DNA from: Amoebidium appalachense
Taxonomy: Eukaryota; Protista; Ichthyosporea
DNA: 64,000 nt
Assembly: GCA_963693365.1 (NCBI GenBank)
Contig: CAVNZM010000004.1
Coordinates: 12,881,088-12,945,087 of the forward strand
Reading direction: 5' to 3'
The notes under the pieces: model-generated
Seen by the model: only the letters and a program-made list of their open reading frames with translations
Databases searched by the model: none
What the model was told of the DNA's origin: nothing
Shown here: positions 18,607-60,997 of the stretch, one piece after another
Layout: each line of letters begins with the position of its first letter
Position numbering within the stretch: position 1 is the stretch's first letter
Translations under genes and position numbers: made by a program

Positions 18607-18731
18607 ATAGTATATCTTTTTTTAATTTCAGCAGTCTTTCGTACCGTAACAGGTAGTGTTGCTTTTTCAGTGAAGGTTTTTTGCATGGGTGCCTTGCGCG
18701 TATGTGTCTATGTGTGTGTAAGGGCTTTACT

Positions 18732-18769
<38 letters not shown>

Positions 18770-18776
18770 ATGTGTG

Positions 18777-18817
<41 letters not shown>

Positions 18818-19367
18818 TGTGTGAGCGTGTGTGAGCGTGTGTGTGTGTGTATGTGCACACGCTGCGCATTTGCGGGTTTGTATCATCTTCAGCGGGGCGG
18901 AATGTGGGTCACGGCGGGCAGGAGCCGGCCCCCGGGGACCCAGGCCCCCCCGGGGGAGGGGGGGGGGGGAGAAGGAGTGAGGATCATCCCGGGTGTCAGA
19001 AACGAGGGAAGAAAGCACATGAGCCACAGAAGCATACAGTCTAGTGTAATTCAACGGGATGTCTTGGTGGAAGAGAGAAGGGAGTTGGGGGGGGGGGGGG
19101 GGGAGGGGGGGGGCCTGGGGAAGGGTTGGAGGGGGAAAGGGCGGAGGGGGGACTTGGAAAGTCCTACCATCAAGGGAGGGGATGACCCCCGGTTGAAGGA
19201 GAGAAGGTGTATGCTGTTGTGAATAAACATTAGGACAGACACCTGGCCAGAGCGCACAAACAAGAAACTGAACTATCGAGGACATTGTTTTTAAGTATTT
19301 GCGTGTGCGCGCGTGTGTGTACGGTTTGTGTGTGCGCATGTGCGTATACCGTAACACCTGTTGTGTG

Positions 19368-19469
<102 letters not shown>

Positions 19470-20670
19470 ACGACGTGCTGTAAAGAGCAAATTCGAACGT
19501 GTGTATGTCTGTTAGTTATACCGTGTTTGCTGTGCGTGATGCCCAGTATGTGCGCATCTGTGCATATGCCCGCGTGTGTTGGTGTGTTTGTTTATGCGTG
19601 AGAGCACTTCGTGCGCACGAGTTCCATGTGCATTGGTGTGTGCGCTCGGATATGTGCCTTGGCCCTGTGTGCGTGTGCGCGCGAACACGTGTGAGCGTAA
19701 GATTTGTGCAAGTGTGTGTGGAGGTGGAAACAAGCATGTGAGGGCGCGTGATGATGCGCATATAGATGAATTTGCGTGCCTGCAGGCATTTCTGTGCATG
19801 CTTTATCGTGCTGGTGTGTATTCAGATCTACACAAAAACTTGGTTCTTGGGCAGTGTTTCTGTGTGTGCCTGTGTTTGTGTTCGGTGGGGGTGGTTGTGT
19901 GGGTGGGTTTGGGGTGTTTCGGGGACGCGTGCACACTGTGTGCTTATGCGCGCGCAGTAGACTAGGCGGGCAAAAGCAGGGAAAGTGTGTGTAAATTTCA
20001 CCGGAGAGGGCGCCGATGGAAAAGGTTTGGGAATGCAGTCCGCCTTTTTGCATTTTTCGTGCACTGTGTCCTATTACTTGTGCTTGGTTCACACACCTCG
20101 CTCATGGTGCACGGATCCGTTAGCGGATTGAGATGCTTACTCCAGGAGGCGTGTAGTTGCGAGTCCGTGGAGCTGCTAAGTTGTAGGAAGCAACAGCAAC
20201 GCGAGGGTAGACAAAAACGCCGTCTGCTCTCGGATCCTTTCGCAACGAGAAACACAAACTCGGGGGGTAGTGGAGGATGATATTGCTTTATCTTGTCTTA
20301 AAGGGAAAAAAAATCAAGAAAACGAACTAGCTACCGTTCTGAAGCTAACCACGTGCATCGAGGCACATGCTATGAGTCTGATGTTTTGGCATCTACGCAT
20401 CATCGTAATAGGCACCTTACAAGTAACCCAACAAGCAAGAGTGACGCTGTGTTGCAGACCTGTTGAATAGGCGTTGCGAGCCCTTTACCCTGTGTATCTC
20501 GGCGTTAAAGACTAAACTAAAACTTACAGGCACTAATTAGATGATGGAAAAAACTTTGCTCTGTGCACAAATGCATGGGAGGAACTGAGGCTCAACCGGA
20601 GGACTCAACCTACTCAGTAAAGGGCGTCAGCGGCAGCTCCAAACTTTTGATGGCTTTATTTATCAGAAAA

Positions 20671-20682
20671 TTTCGCGCCAAA
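20671..20682. promoter_or_regulatory. E2F-type overlapping site upstream of focadhesin
   Basis: TTTCGCGCCAAA ~280 bp upstream of the focadhesin ATG. TATA-like TATAAA at ~20827 and ~20870. Confidence 0.4.
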
Positions 20683-20953
20683 AATCCATAATAACCATAT
20701 ATGTAAGGTGACTAGCTATATTTGGATTCGCCACATTCCTTTGCACCGGGACCAGTTGCGGCAGCCAGCAATGCCATGATTGAGATTGAGGCCCTGTTCA
20801 ACAGCCTTTCGGACTGCTTGCCTATATATAAATTGCCTTCGCGAGGTGTGCTGTAGGCCTAACAGAGTGTATAAAGGAAATAGAGCTAAGGGACATGTAG
20901 CAAGTGGTTGTGAACAGAGACACGCACACACCCGAGGGGGTGTTGTTTGGAGA

Positions 20954-47586
<26,633 letters not shown>

Positions 47587-47999
47587 ACTTATGAGAGTCA
47601 GTGGTGCATTGTTTGGTTTTGAGTGAAAATTGTTTCCCTATTACCCAGTTGTCTACGTCGACCCCCCTGTTTCCCTACCCCCCTCTACGCACACGCTCAC
47701 ATGAGCAGGGCCACACGCGGACACAATAGTATTACTCTGTAAACACTATCACCGCAATTCCCATTCCTCCCATGGCCAGTGCACATTATGTCATACACTG
47801 TATCCATAATATTACGATACAGCTTTGAAAATGCGTGCCTGTAGCAGTTTCTGGTTTGAAGTATTTGTTGACAAATGGAGCAACGTTGAACATCCATTTT
47901 GCCTAACTTTTCTCTCCTGATAATTATACTTTATAGCACCGCGAATAATCGTGTTTCGTGCAATTGAATATTTTTTCCTGATAGAAGCTTTCATATTTA

Positions 48000-48861
48000 C
48001 TTCCGTAATACGGTATGTAACGGCCGTTCAAAAACCGGCAATGGTACTCAGCCCTAGGCCTGGCCTAGCTAGGCGAAAACCCCTTAGGGCGTGCGCACGC
48101 ACAGCCACACACGGCACTCGCATGCATGAACGCATCCAGCAGGTACACGTGTGCACGCAGTGCATCCTAAGCTATTCCTAATATGGCGCTCATGTTGCAT
48201 GTGCCAGGGCCACACACCGTGAGGCAGATGCACACCAAAAAAAATCGCGCTCTAAAGTTTCGCGGCCCTCCCCCCCCACTTTCTATTGGCTGAAACTGCA
48301 CCATTTCCCACAAGCCCAGCACTGGTGGGCCGTGGGCTGCACACTTTCAAAATCTAGCCTACGACTTTGTCTTGCATGTTTGATTTGCGTAAATACAACG
48401 ATGTAGATTTTTTATAGCTTTATTTTCTCTAAATATGAGCGGGTAAGCTCCTCGCCTCCGACGCAGGAGGCACCTGGTTCGAATCCCGGGATGTAGCGCA
48501 TTGGGGATCGGATGCCCTGATGGGACTCGCCTGGGTGCAGAACCGTTAGTATGGCAATGGCCCTCTCCAACCGGGGTAGTCAAAGATCGGATGCCTTGGC
48601 TTTTCCGGAAAGTTTTTGCTTTTGTATTTTCTTCTCCGCGATATCGGTGATTTCTCGATGGCTTCTATTTTGCTGAGCATATCAATAAAGTCATTATAAA
48701 AATAATAAAAAATACTGAGAGTTGGGGCGAGCTCACTCCAAAAAACGACCGAAGTGGAACAAGAATATGACGTCATGCTTACGTGATATGATAGGTGATT
48801 CCCCCAAAACTCCAAAAGTTTCCGTGGCCTAGATTGAATTTGTCAGACCCTATTACGTAAG
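48000..48861. mobile_element. ~860 bp MITE-like element with imperfect terminal inverted repeats
   Basis: cttccgtaatacggtatg (48000-48017) matches the reverse complement of 48844-48861 (cttacgtaatagggtctg) at 15/18. No clear TSD and no ORF. Confidence 0.4.
48429..48497 (+). pseudogene. Degenerate tRNA-derived sequence (tRNA pseudogene or SINE head)
   Basis: B-box/T-loop GGTTCGAATCCC at 48476-48487. Anticodon-arm-like ctcgc-CTCCGAC-gcagg and short gagc/gctc D-like stem. Mismatches in the acceptor, anticodon and T stems. Confidence 0.55.
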
Positions 48862-49635
48862 ATGTATAAAATGGAAACAAAACCTGCACAAAAGCAGCCA
48901 AATACAATTAAGTTCTATAAATGAATTATAACAGCTTCTATTTTTCACTCCGAAATACAATTATTCTTGGTTAAGTTGGCATAGTTTCTAAAACTTGGAA
49001 GTCGGAACTTTGAAAAGCATAGAGGCTAGGGAGATCTGGCTCAGGAGGCAACCAACCACAATCAGAAAAGCAAGTCATGATTCACGCTGCTGATTGGTTG
49101 TGTTCAAGAATGGAATGCGGTGAAAAGCAGAAAAGCAGTTGCCCTGACTGTTGCCCTGGGCCAACGTTAACGCAGTCTGTAATGTCGCAGCCACACACGA
49201 GAGAGCTTACGGAGAGCGAAGAGGTCAGCGGGTGATTGTTAGGGCTGTTACTTACTTACCTTAGCCGGACAACTTTCTTTTTGCTATGTGTGTGCTTTAT
49301 ACTCCAAAAGAGTTATACTGAGCAGAATAACTAAGTATTGGCCTCTCGGTTTGCGGCGTGCGAAGCATTTCTTGTTGTTTATGCCAACACCAGCACACGG
49401 GGGAGAAGATCTCGACGTGCTGACAGCTGTCACTTGACGCACCGCAAAACACAGACAATAGTGTCATACCCCACGGTTTGTTGAAGGTTTCCAACATCAA
49501 CGGCAGCAATTATACTACTTATATACATTTTTTTTTTCTGGGTGTGCATGATTCAACACCCTTATAAGTTGTTTTGCTTTGTTTCGTGTTTCGGAGGCAC
49601 ATCCCTTTGTTCCGTAGGCCCACAAGACCCCCAAG

Positions 49636-52912
<3,277 letters not shown>

Positions 52913-53014
52913 AAGTGGGGGGTGAGGCTTGTGGTTGCACCTCTGACTTGCTGTTATTTTGCTGAGTTTTTTTTTTTTTTTTTCCCGTTAGTTTTTATGG
53001 GGTTGTCGGGCTCA

Positions 53015-53063
<49 letters not shown>

Positions 53064-53148
53064 CGATTTCTATTTTGACCTTAATGAGGTTTGTATGACA
53101 TATATATGGACGCGATCAGGGCTAGAATCTCACTAGTTCCTGTTATAA

Positions 53149-53851
53149 TCAGTCGACAGCAAAGTGTCGTTTGTCAGGGCGTGATATGAAAGTATTTTCT
53201 GTGATATTGTCCTTTTTACGATACTTTTCCTTTTTACGAAGGGTTCTTTTTTTGCCGAAGTTGTAATGGACTTGCAGCTTGTTGAGAAGGTGCGCAGAGC
53301 AACAATGTGTTGCAAACTTTGTTAACGTTGTTACCACGGAATCCGCACATGCCAGGGATATCGATTGTAAATATAAATTACTCTTGGCCATTGTATGTGC
53401 CGGTGACGGTCTGAGCCTCACAGAGAGATTCTTCCTGCTCCCCCTTTCCCCCCCCCCCCCCCCCCCCCCCTGCTTCTTGATGTTGCGATTTTTTGTGACT
53501 CCTGACGCATATAAGCCCACGCTCCGTAGTTGTGAACTGCCAGTGTGCATGTACTGAAGGGGTGAGGGAGACTTTGATCCGAGTCGATCAGCCCGAGCAC
53601 ACCGTTTTCTGTGTTCGGGCGTGGAGGGGGGGGGGGGGGGGGGGGGGAGGGGGGGGGGGGGGGGGAGGGGGTTTCAAGATATTGTTAAATGTTTGTGCGC
53701 TTGTGTGTGTGTGTGTGCGCGCTCGCGTGTGCGTTTGTGTGTGTGCGTGCGTGTGTGTGCGTGTGCGTGTGCGTGTGCGTGTGCGTGTGCGTGTGTGTGA
53801 GTGGGTGGGTGGGTGAATTTTTTTACCCACAAAGCCGGTTTGAGGAGGAAA

Positions 53852-53885
<34 letters not shown>

Positions 53886-54034
53886 TCTCTGTTACTGTAC
53901 AGAGAACAGGTATATTCGAAAGCAGGATATGACATTAACGCAAGTGATTGATGTGGCACTACGGTGTTGTGGTTGATATATATTGATTATGATGATCAGC
54001 TGCAACCAGGAACCCCTAGCGCTGCTACCGGCGT

Positions 54035-54094
<60 letters not shown>

Positions 54095-54730
54095 AGAGCG
54101 GCCAGAATTGATTGGGATGGGGCGAGGGAGCGAGAGGAGAGAGTGGGAGAGGGCAAAAAAGAGAGAGAACCAGGGAGACTCTGAGGGAAAGAATCTTGAG
54201 TCTAAGTGAGCAGAAGATCTAGAAAGAGTGTCTTGCCGGCAAGTGAGTGGTGAGAGGAGGGGGGCAGGTGGGGGAGGAGAAAGATGGGGGGGAGGGGGGA
54301 GGGGGAGGAGAGAGAGAAGGGGGGAGGGGGAAGAAGAGAGAAAGAGGGAGTGAGAAAGAGAGAGGGAGAGGGAGAGGGAGAGGGAGGGGGAGGGGGGAGG
54401 GGGAAAGGGAGGGAGGGAGAGGGAGAGGGAGGGAGAGGGAGAGAAGGAGAGAGGGAGAGAGGGAGAGGGGGAGAGAGAGAGAGAGAGAGAGAGGGTGTGT
54501 GTGTGTGTATGTGTGGAAGGTGAAAAAGAAAGAGAGAACGAGCGAGAGCCTGAGACAGGAAGAGAGATGTAGAGAGAATGCGAGCGATTCATCGATAGGT
54601 GGCACCACATCCTTCCGGACTTGTACGTTCATCTTCATTCCACTTGCACCATATATGGCAAATTGCACACCATCTTCTCCAAAAGGGCCAAAAGGCAACA
54701 ATGCCCATCTGATTTATTCATCTGGAAATG
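53149..54730 (-). other. Possible spliced orphan transcript
   Basis: Unique blocks between repeat tracts with minus-strand AG/GT-like boundaries. Open terminal block 53149-53434 (..KNLSVRLRPSP..HFAVD*). A convincing frame could not be assembled. Confidence 0.15.
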
Positions 54731-55107
54731 TAGGCTGACCATACATCTGCCTTGCAGCCCATACTATAACATACGAAAGTTATCCATGCAGCAAGATGAT
54801 GATACATGGCTTACATGTCTATCTAATCTACGGCTTTATCTATTCTAATCATTGAACTAGTCGATGCAAGGCCTACGGGCATACTGGGTCTCATTCAAGC
54901 AATCACAGAGGCTGAATTATTTACAAGACCTAAACACTTAAGGTGTTCATTCAATTAAGAGCCTTTATTAGTACTGTGACATACCTCAAGAAGGAAAGAA
55001 TGGCGGGGGGGGGGGGGGGGGGGGGGGGGGGAGGGGGGGGGGGCACACAGAAACACGGCCGCAAACATTTTGCAAAGATTTACAAGGACACAGGTACACA
55101 AGAAACG

Positions 55108-55173
<66 letters not shown>

Positions 55174-55217
55174 AAATAACAAAAAAAAAAAAAAAAAGAA
55201 AGAAACACGAACACACA

Positions 55218-55268
<51 letters not shown>

Positions 55269-55412
55269 GTCAGAGTGGTGTGCATGTGTGCGCAAAGATG
55301 CCTACCAATCAACTCATGCACACGGCCACCGTGTGCATTTAATGCAAACACACAAACACAGGCACAGGCGTTCGCCCATGAATAGGCACACAAGCACCCA
55401 CCCACACATACA

Positions 55413-55456
<44 letters not shown>

Positions 55457-55576
55457 AGACACAACATCATTGTTAGCACATGCGATAAACAAGACATAGC
55501 ACTCATAGGCGCACACGAACAGGGTAACAAACATACGCAAGCATCACACAAAAACATACGAAGGAGACACACACAG

Positions 55577-55797
55577 TCACACACTTGTGGTGTTGAGTCT
55601 CCGCACACGCTCATGGACCCAGTCAGCACTCACATACCAGGGCATCCACACATTGAACTCGAAGTCATACCACATGCTCTTCCTGTGTGCCCATGGGGCC
55701 ATGACATGCAGGTGCATGTGGTGGATGCTGTGCCAAGGTGGCCAGTGGAACCCCATCCTGTGCACCACCAAGCCCATTAGTCTTCCATCCGTGCTGA

Positions 55798-55831
<34 letters not shown>

Positions 55832-56229
55832 CCCCTCTTCTCTTTCCCCCCCCCCTCCCCCCTCTTCTCTTTCCCCCCCCCTCCCCCTCCCCCCTCCCCC
55901 AAAGTAAAAAGAAAAGAAAAGAAAGAAAGAAAGAAACGTTCCCCCAGAACAAATTCTAGTTATCTCCCCACCCCCCCATTTCTTAACCTCCTTTTGTTTC
56001 TCCCTCACTGTGCTCTCCCTCACCTACAACCAAAAAAGGAGAGAAAAAAGAAGAAGGAAAAAGAAAAACCTTCCATGAATAAACCCCGTCTCCCCAAAAT
56101 GAACAGTTCGAGCGGCTAGCTCGTTATCCCTCCCTGCTCCATCCTCTCCGGGAGCACATCTGGCTCCTAACTCCCTCCCTCCCTCCCCCCTCCCCTCCCC
56201 CCCCCCCCCCCCCCCCCCCTTCCCCCCAC

Positions 56230-56324
<95 letters not shown>

Positions 56325-57002
56325 ACACACTCCCTCCCTCCCCCCCCCCCCCCCCCAAAAAAACAAAAACAAAAAAAAAAACACCACCACCACACCCGCA
56401 CATCCTTCCATCTTTTCTCTACTCTTACTCCCTCAGTAGACTCTGCTAACATATTCCGCCTGCACATACACCCACTGCAAAAACGTGCAACACATGCAGC
56501 ATTACAGCAAGGTCCTTACCTAGCATCGTCTGCCGTGTAGTTGTAACGAACAAGAACATCAGTTGCCACCGCCAGCATGTGCTCATCTGCAGATCACGCA
56601 ACAGCGAGTTAGAGAAACCCGCACTGCAATATAACAGACAATAAACACACCACAGGCAGGCACACACGTGGAAGTATCATACTGAGGTCAACCAGTCTAG
56701 GTGTGCATGAAAGTACAAGGTGTGGGGCATGCCATCATGGTGACTAATAATAGATCAGTCTGGTCGTTGTATTGGGTCTGGGAAGGGAGAAGCTGAGGGG
56801 GTGAGGGGCCGGGGGAAGGAGAGGGAGAGGAAAGGGGGAGGAGAGAGGGAAGAGGGGGGGGTAAAGGAGGGTGAGATGGGAGAAGGCACGGGGAGCAGGA
56901 CGGCCCCGGGGGGTAAAAGCGTCGGAAAGGAGGGGTGGGGGAGGAGGAAAAAGAGGGAAGAGAGCGGGGTGGCAGAATGCAGGAGGGAAGTGAGGGGAGA
57001 GA

Positions 57003-57033
<31 letters not shown>

Positions 57034-57217
57034 TCAAAGGATGACAACCCAGCAGTATAAAAATCGATCAAAATGAGGGAAAAGTATGTGAGTACATGGA
57101 AGTAAGTGTATGTCTTACATACATCTCGGTGGGCCACCGTTCCACAACAAAACCCATACATACTTTCGCTTCAGGCTCTCGTTCGTCGTGCTTTCCTTCT
57201 TAAATATCATACAGTGC

Positions 57218-57254
<37 letters not shown>

Positions 57255-57944
57255 AGTCCCCCCCCCTCCCCCCCTCTCCCCCCCTCCTTCCCCCACCGGC
57301 CCTCCTCCCCCCACCCCCACCCCCACCACTACCACCCCCCCCTTTTCCCCTTCAACCTACAAAAAAAAAAAACCAAAGCAACAGAGAGAGAGAGATAGAG
57401 GGGGATAGAGATATACAGATAGATAGATAGAGAGGGGGAGAGAGGGGGGGTTTGGGGGGAGGTAGGGAGGGAGAGAGAGAGAGAGAAACACAACCCAACA
57501 AAACAATGTCGGCCTAAACTATGATAGAGCGCGAGGGAAGAAGAAAGAACAGAGCTGTGTTCACACCCCACATAGTACAGTGGGGTGAAGGGGAGAAAGC
57601 GGGTCTGGCCCAACAAACAAATAGAAAACCGATATACGGCTAGTAGGGAAAGAAAATAGAGAGAAGAGAAATCCAAATCCCGTGAAGGACTGTCAATTAA
57701 GAAAGAAATAGCGTGGCTAAGCAAGATATTGTAAAGAGGTGATGATGGAATGCCTGAGATGTATCTGCATGTGCATATTGGTTTTATTACTAAGCCGAAG
57801 CTCAGCAACATCAATGGGCGGAAAGCTTACAGGACAGAGGCACGGGGTGGGCCACGGGAGAATAGAACCTAGAGGGAGGTAGGATGAGAAACATTGGGGG
57901 GGGGGGGGGGGGGAGGGGGGAGAGGGGAGGGGCTGATGGCAGCG

Positions 57945-57983
<39 letters not shown>

Positions 57984-58596
57984 CTGAATCACTGCACGAA
58001 AAAACGTATGTTGTAGCAGGATGCTATGCAGGTTTCGGTACCTACACTAGTAGTTGAAACAGATGAAAAAACAGTGAGCAACTAGAGGAAACCTACACAG
58101 AACAAGGTCACCACCCGTCAGCTCTCTTGCCGTTGGTATGTGCTGCACAGGAACAATCAAGGCATGAAGATCAGACGCTGGATCTCTGTCGTGAAAGGCA
58201 GCCACGTACTCATCCTGCAGCGTGAATGTAAAGTAAAAATACCACTCCAGAATTTTTGTTTTTCTTTGCTGTACTGATGATATTGCACACACATAATGAA
58301 GCTAAGGAAACTAACAGAGTTGCACTTGAACAAGGGAAATCATGGCAACATGATCAAACGCCACACAAATGCCACATTCGGTAGAGATGGATCGGGGCCG
58401 CACAACCCACCTTGTAGATCATTCTCGCTGAGTCTAGCTCGCCTGCGACTATCCTGCAAAACACACAAGGGGCAGTGCTATGGTTGTAGTGCCGCTTGGA
58501 GAGGAACAAAATAAGTCCCAAAGACAGAAACACCAGAGGAAGAAGAGCCGTGGCCAGCCGTTTCCATCTTTGCTTTTGCGCTGTGCGCACCAGCAT
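55577..58596 (-). CDS. HINT3: HINT3-like histidine triad nucleotide-binding protein with N-terminal hydrophobic segment, 4 exons
   Basis: Exons 58596-58411 (..CVFCRIV..IYK), 58214-58097 (DEYVAAFHDRDPASDLHALIVPVQHI), 56586-56520 (YEHMLAVA), 55757-55577 (MGFHWPPWHSIHHMHLHVMAP..WYVSADWV). HxHxH triad and the HINT3-type GFHxPP motif are present. Confidence 0.88.
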
Positions 58597-58750
58597 GTTC
58601 TGCCTGCTTACACCACACCCAAACAGCGCCTAAATAATCAACTCAAGCAGAGAAGAGGACGAGTCTTCCCAGGTGAAACAATGGATAGGAGAGGTCAAAG
58701 GGGGGGGGGGGGGGGGGGTTACGTAGCTGTGCAAGGATCACAGCACACTG

Positions 58751-58800
58751 ATTGGTGGATGACAGCCAATTAGCCAATAGCGCAGATTCCATAAGCCAAT
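58751..58800. promoter_or_regulatory. CCAAT-box cluster in the divergent HINT3/DNAJC7 promoter
   Basis: ATTGG at 58751 and CCAAT at 58766, 58774 and 58796, between two head-to-head start codons ~625 bp apart. Confidence 0.5.
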
Positions 58801-59220
58801 GAGCAGGCGCCTTTCTTCCTATCTTTCAGGGCTACAAAACGCGTTCCATTTAGGCCATATTCCGAGTTCTTGGACAGCAAAAGATTCAATTTCTGGCATG
58901 GAACCGGAAATTTAGATGGTCGTTTGAAACATTTTCCAAGTAATCATATCAACCCCTGGTTATCTGAGCACACATGGTCACCTCCGGCCGGTTAGCATCA
59001 GCTGTTGTTCCGTTCAGGCGACAGCAAAAAAAAAAAAAAGAAAAAGAACAGAAAAAGGGGCTAGTAGCTTCAAGGTCGTTTTTATAGCTTCGGTCCGAAC
59101 GGCGTTTCACGGTTGAGCACAAAGGTGTTAGGCAACATAGGTTCTCTTACCAGCACAGGCCAGGCTTTCATAACTTCCTTGCGGCCCTGAAGAATTAACT
59201 CTGTCGCCTGCTGTGGAGCA

Positions 59221-60148
59221 ATGACAGCCATGGATGTCGATACACCCCAACCCGGGTGAGTTTTGAGTGTACAAGCTAAGCAGTGCTAACCTCAACTGCT
59301 TGGAAATCTTGTGCATGCATACGTTCCTGGCTTGGAAGGGGAGGCTGCTGGTTAGTGGCACATGTTTACACTTCCCCAAGGCCATGTTTCTCTTCTGACG
59401 TCGACTTAGTCGTAGCTGACGAGCTCTTTATTCCAGGACTGCGGACGAGTGGAAGAATGCAGCGAACGAACTTTACAAGAAGGAGGAGTACCACAAAGCT
59501 GTGGACATGTACACCAAGGCAATAGGTGTGTGCCGCTGCAGGTTTTCCTGGTTCTTCTAAGCTTTTTGATGGGCTTGTGTGTGCTGTGCAAAGAAATCAG
59601 AAGGCTCATAGTTCAGCTTGTTTGCAGTTTGTCTGTTGAATCCGACTTGACGTGGAATCAATTGCCTCTGCTTCTGTGTACAGCATTGCACTCTATGGGC
59701 GCAAGGTGGTGATAATATTTGGCTATTCAGGTGTGTGAGTGTGCATGAGAGTTCGTGCAAGGTTGCATTCGGCATGCATACACGAAGAGACTTGTGTGCA
59801 CGTGCATACACCTCCATACATACTTGTTCGTGTGCGCCCGCTTGCACAGCCTCCATGCACTCACTTCCACACACACTCTCATACACACACAAGGAGGCGC
59901 ACGGAGCCTGCATACACCACGACACGCTTTCCATATATACTCCGTGTGTACACACAGACACCCACCCCCCCCCTCCCCCCCCCTCCCTCCCTCCCCTCCA
60001 AAAAAAAACAAAAAAAAACCACACACACACACCAGACTGTGTGCACTTGTGGGCACAAGCAAACACGCAAACACACACGCCCGCATGCTCGCGCGCACAC
60101 ACACACAGGCATGCACACGTCTGCTCACATGTCGTATATGCACACACT

Positions 60149-60204
<56 letters not shown>

Positions 60205-60953
60205 CCCAATCACACACACACCGGCGCGCACGCGCACACACACATACACACGCACACACAAATACACATACACACACGTGCACGCGCGCGCACATACACA
60301 AGCGCACACACGCTCTCACACATACGATCCACCCGCACCGGTATGCAAAGCCATAACCATGCACCCACAGACTGCTGCACACAAGCACACATGCTGTTGG
60401 ATATGCTCGTGCACACACGAAAGTGCGCACACATACCAACACTTGAAAATGCATGCTTGCACTCACACACACGTGCACACACAGACAGCTACACTTGTGC
60501 GCACACATGCACATACACCAATACACACTTGCGAACATATGCGCGCTCAGAAACGTTCGAGGGCACAAATACAGACAACTGCACACACATGCTCTCACCC
60601 GCCATGCTCTTCCTTTAACTCCTGAAACTACGTTCAACATCACCTACACCTGCTCTCCTGTGTGCACACTCACAGCAGACAACAACTGCATATGCTATTG
60701 GGTATGGTGGTTTTCTGGATGACTTTTTTTGCACTAGCCGTGGCCTGGGACATTGTGTTCTAGTAGTCAACGTGTGCCAGTGGTACTGACCCTGGCACGG
60801 CACAGACATGGCGCCCACCGAGTCGACATATTTCACAAACCGGGCGGCAGCACTGCTTATGATTGGCCGCTTTAGCGATGCATTGGAAGACTCTAAGATG
60901 GCCGTGAGCCTGGATGCAAACAATGTGAAGGTGCGTCTGCAGTGCCGAATAAT

Positions 60954-60997
<44 letters not shown>

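Noticed and set aside
48429-48497. Functional tRNA-Arg(CCG) gene
   Set aside because: Short D arm and mismatches in the acceptor, anticodon and T stems. Kept only as a tRNA-derived relic.
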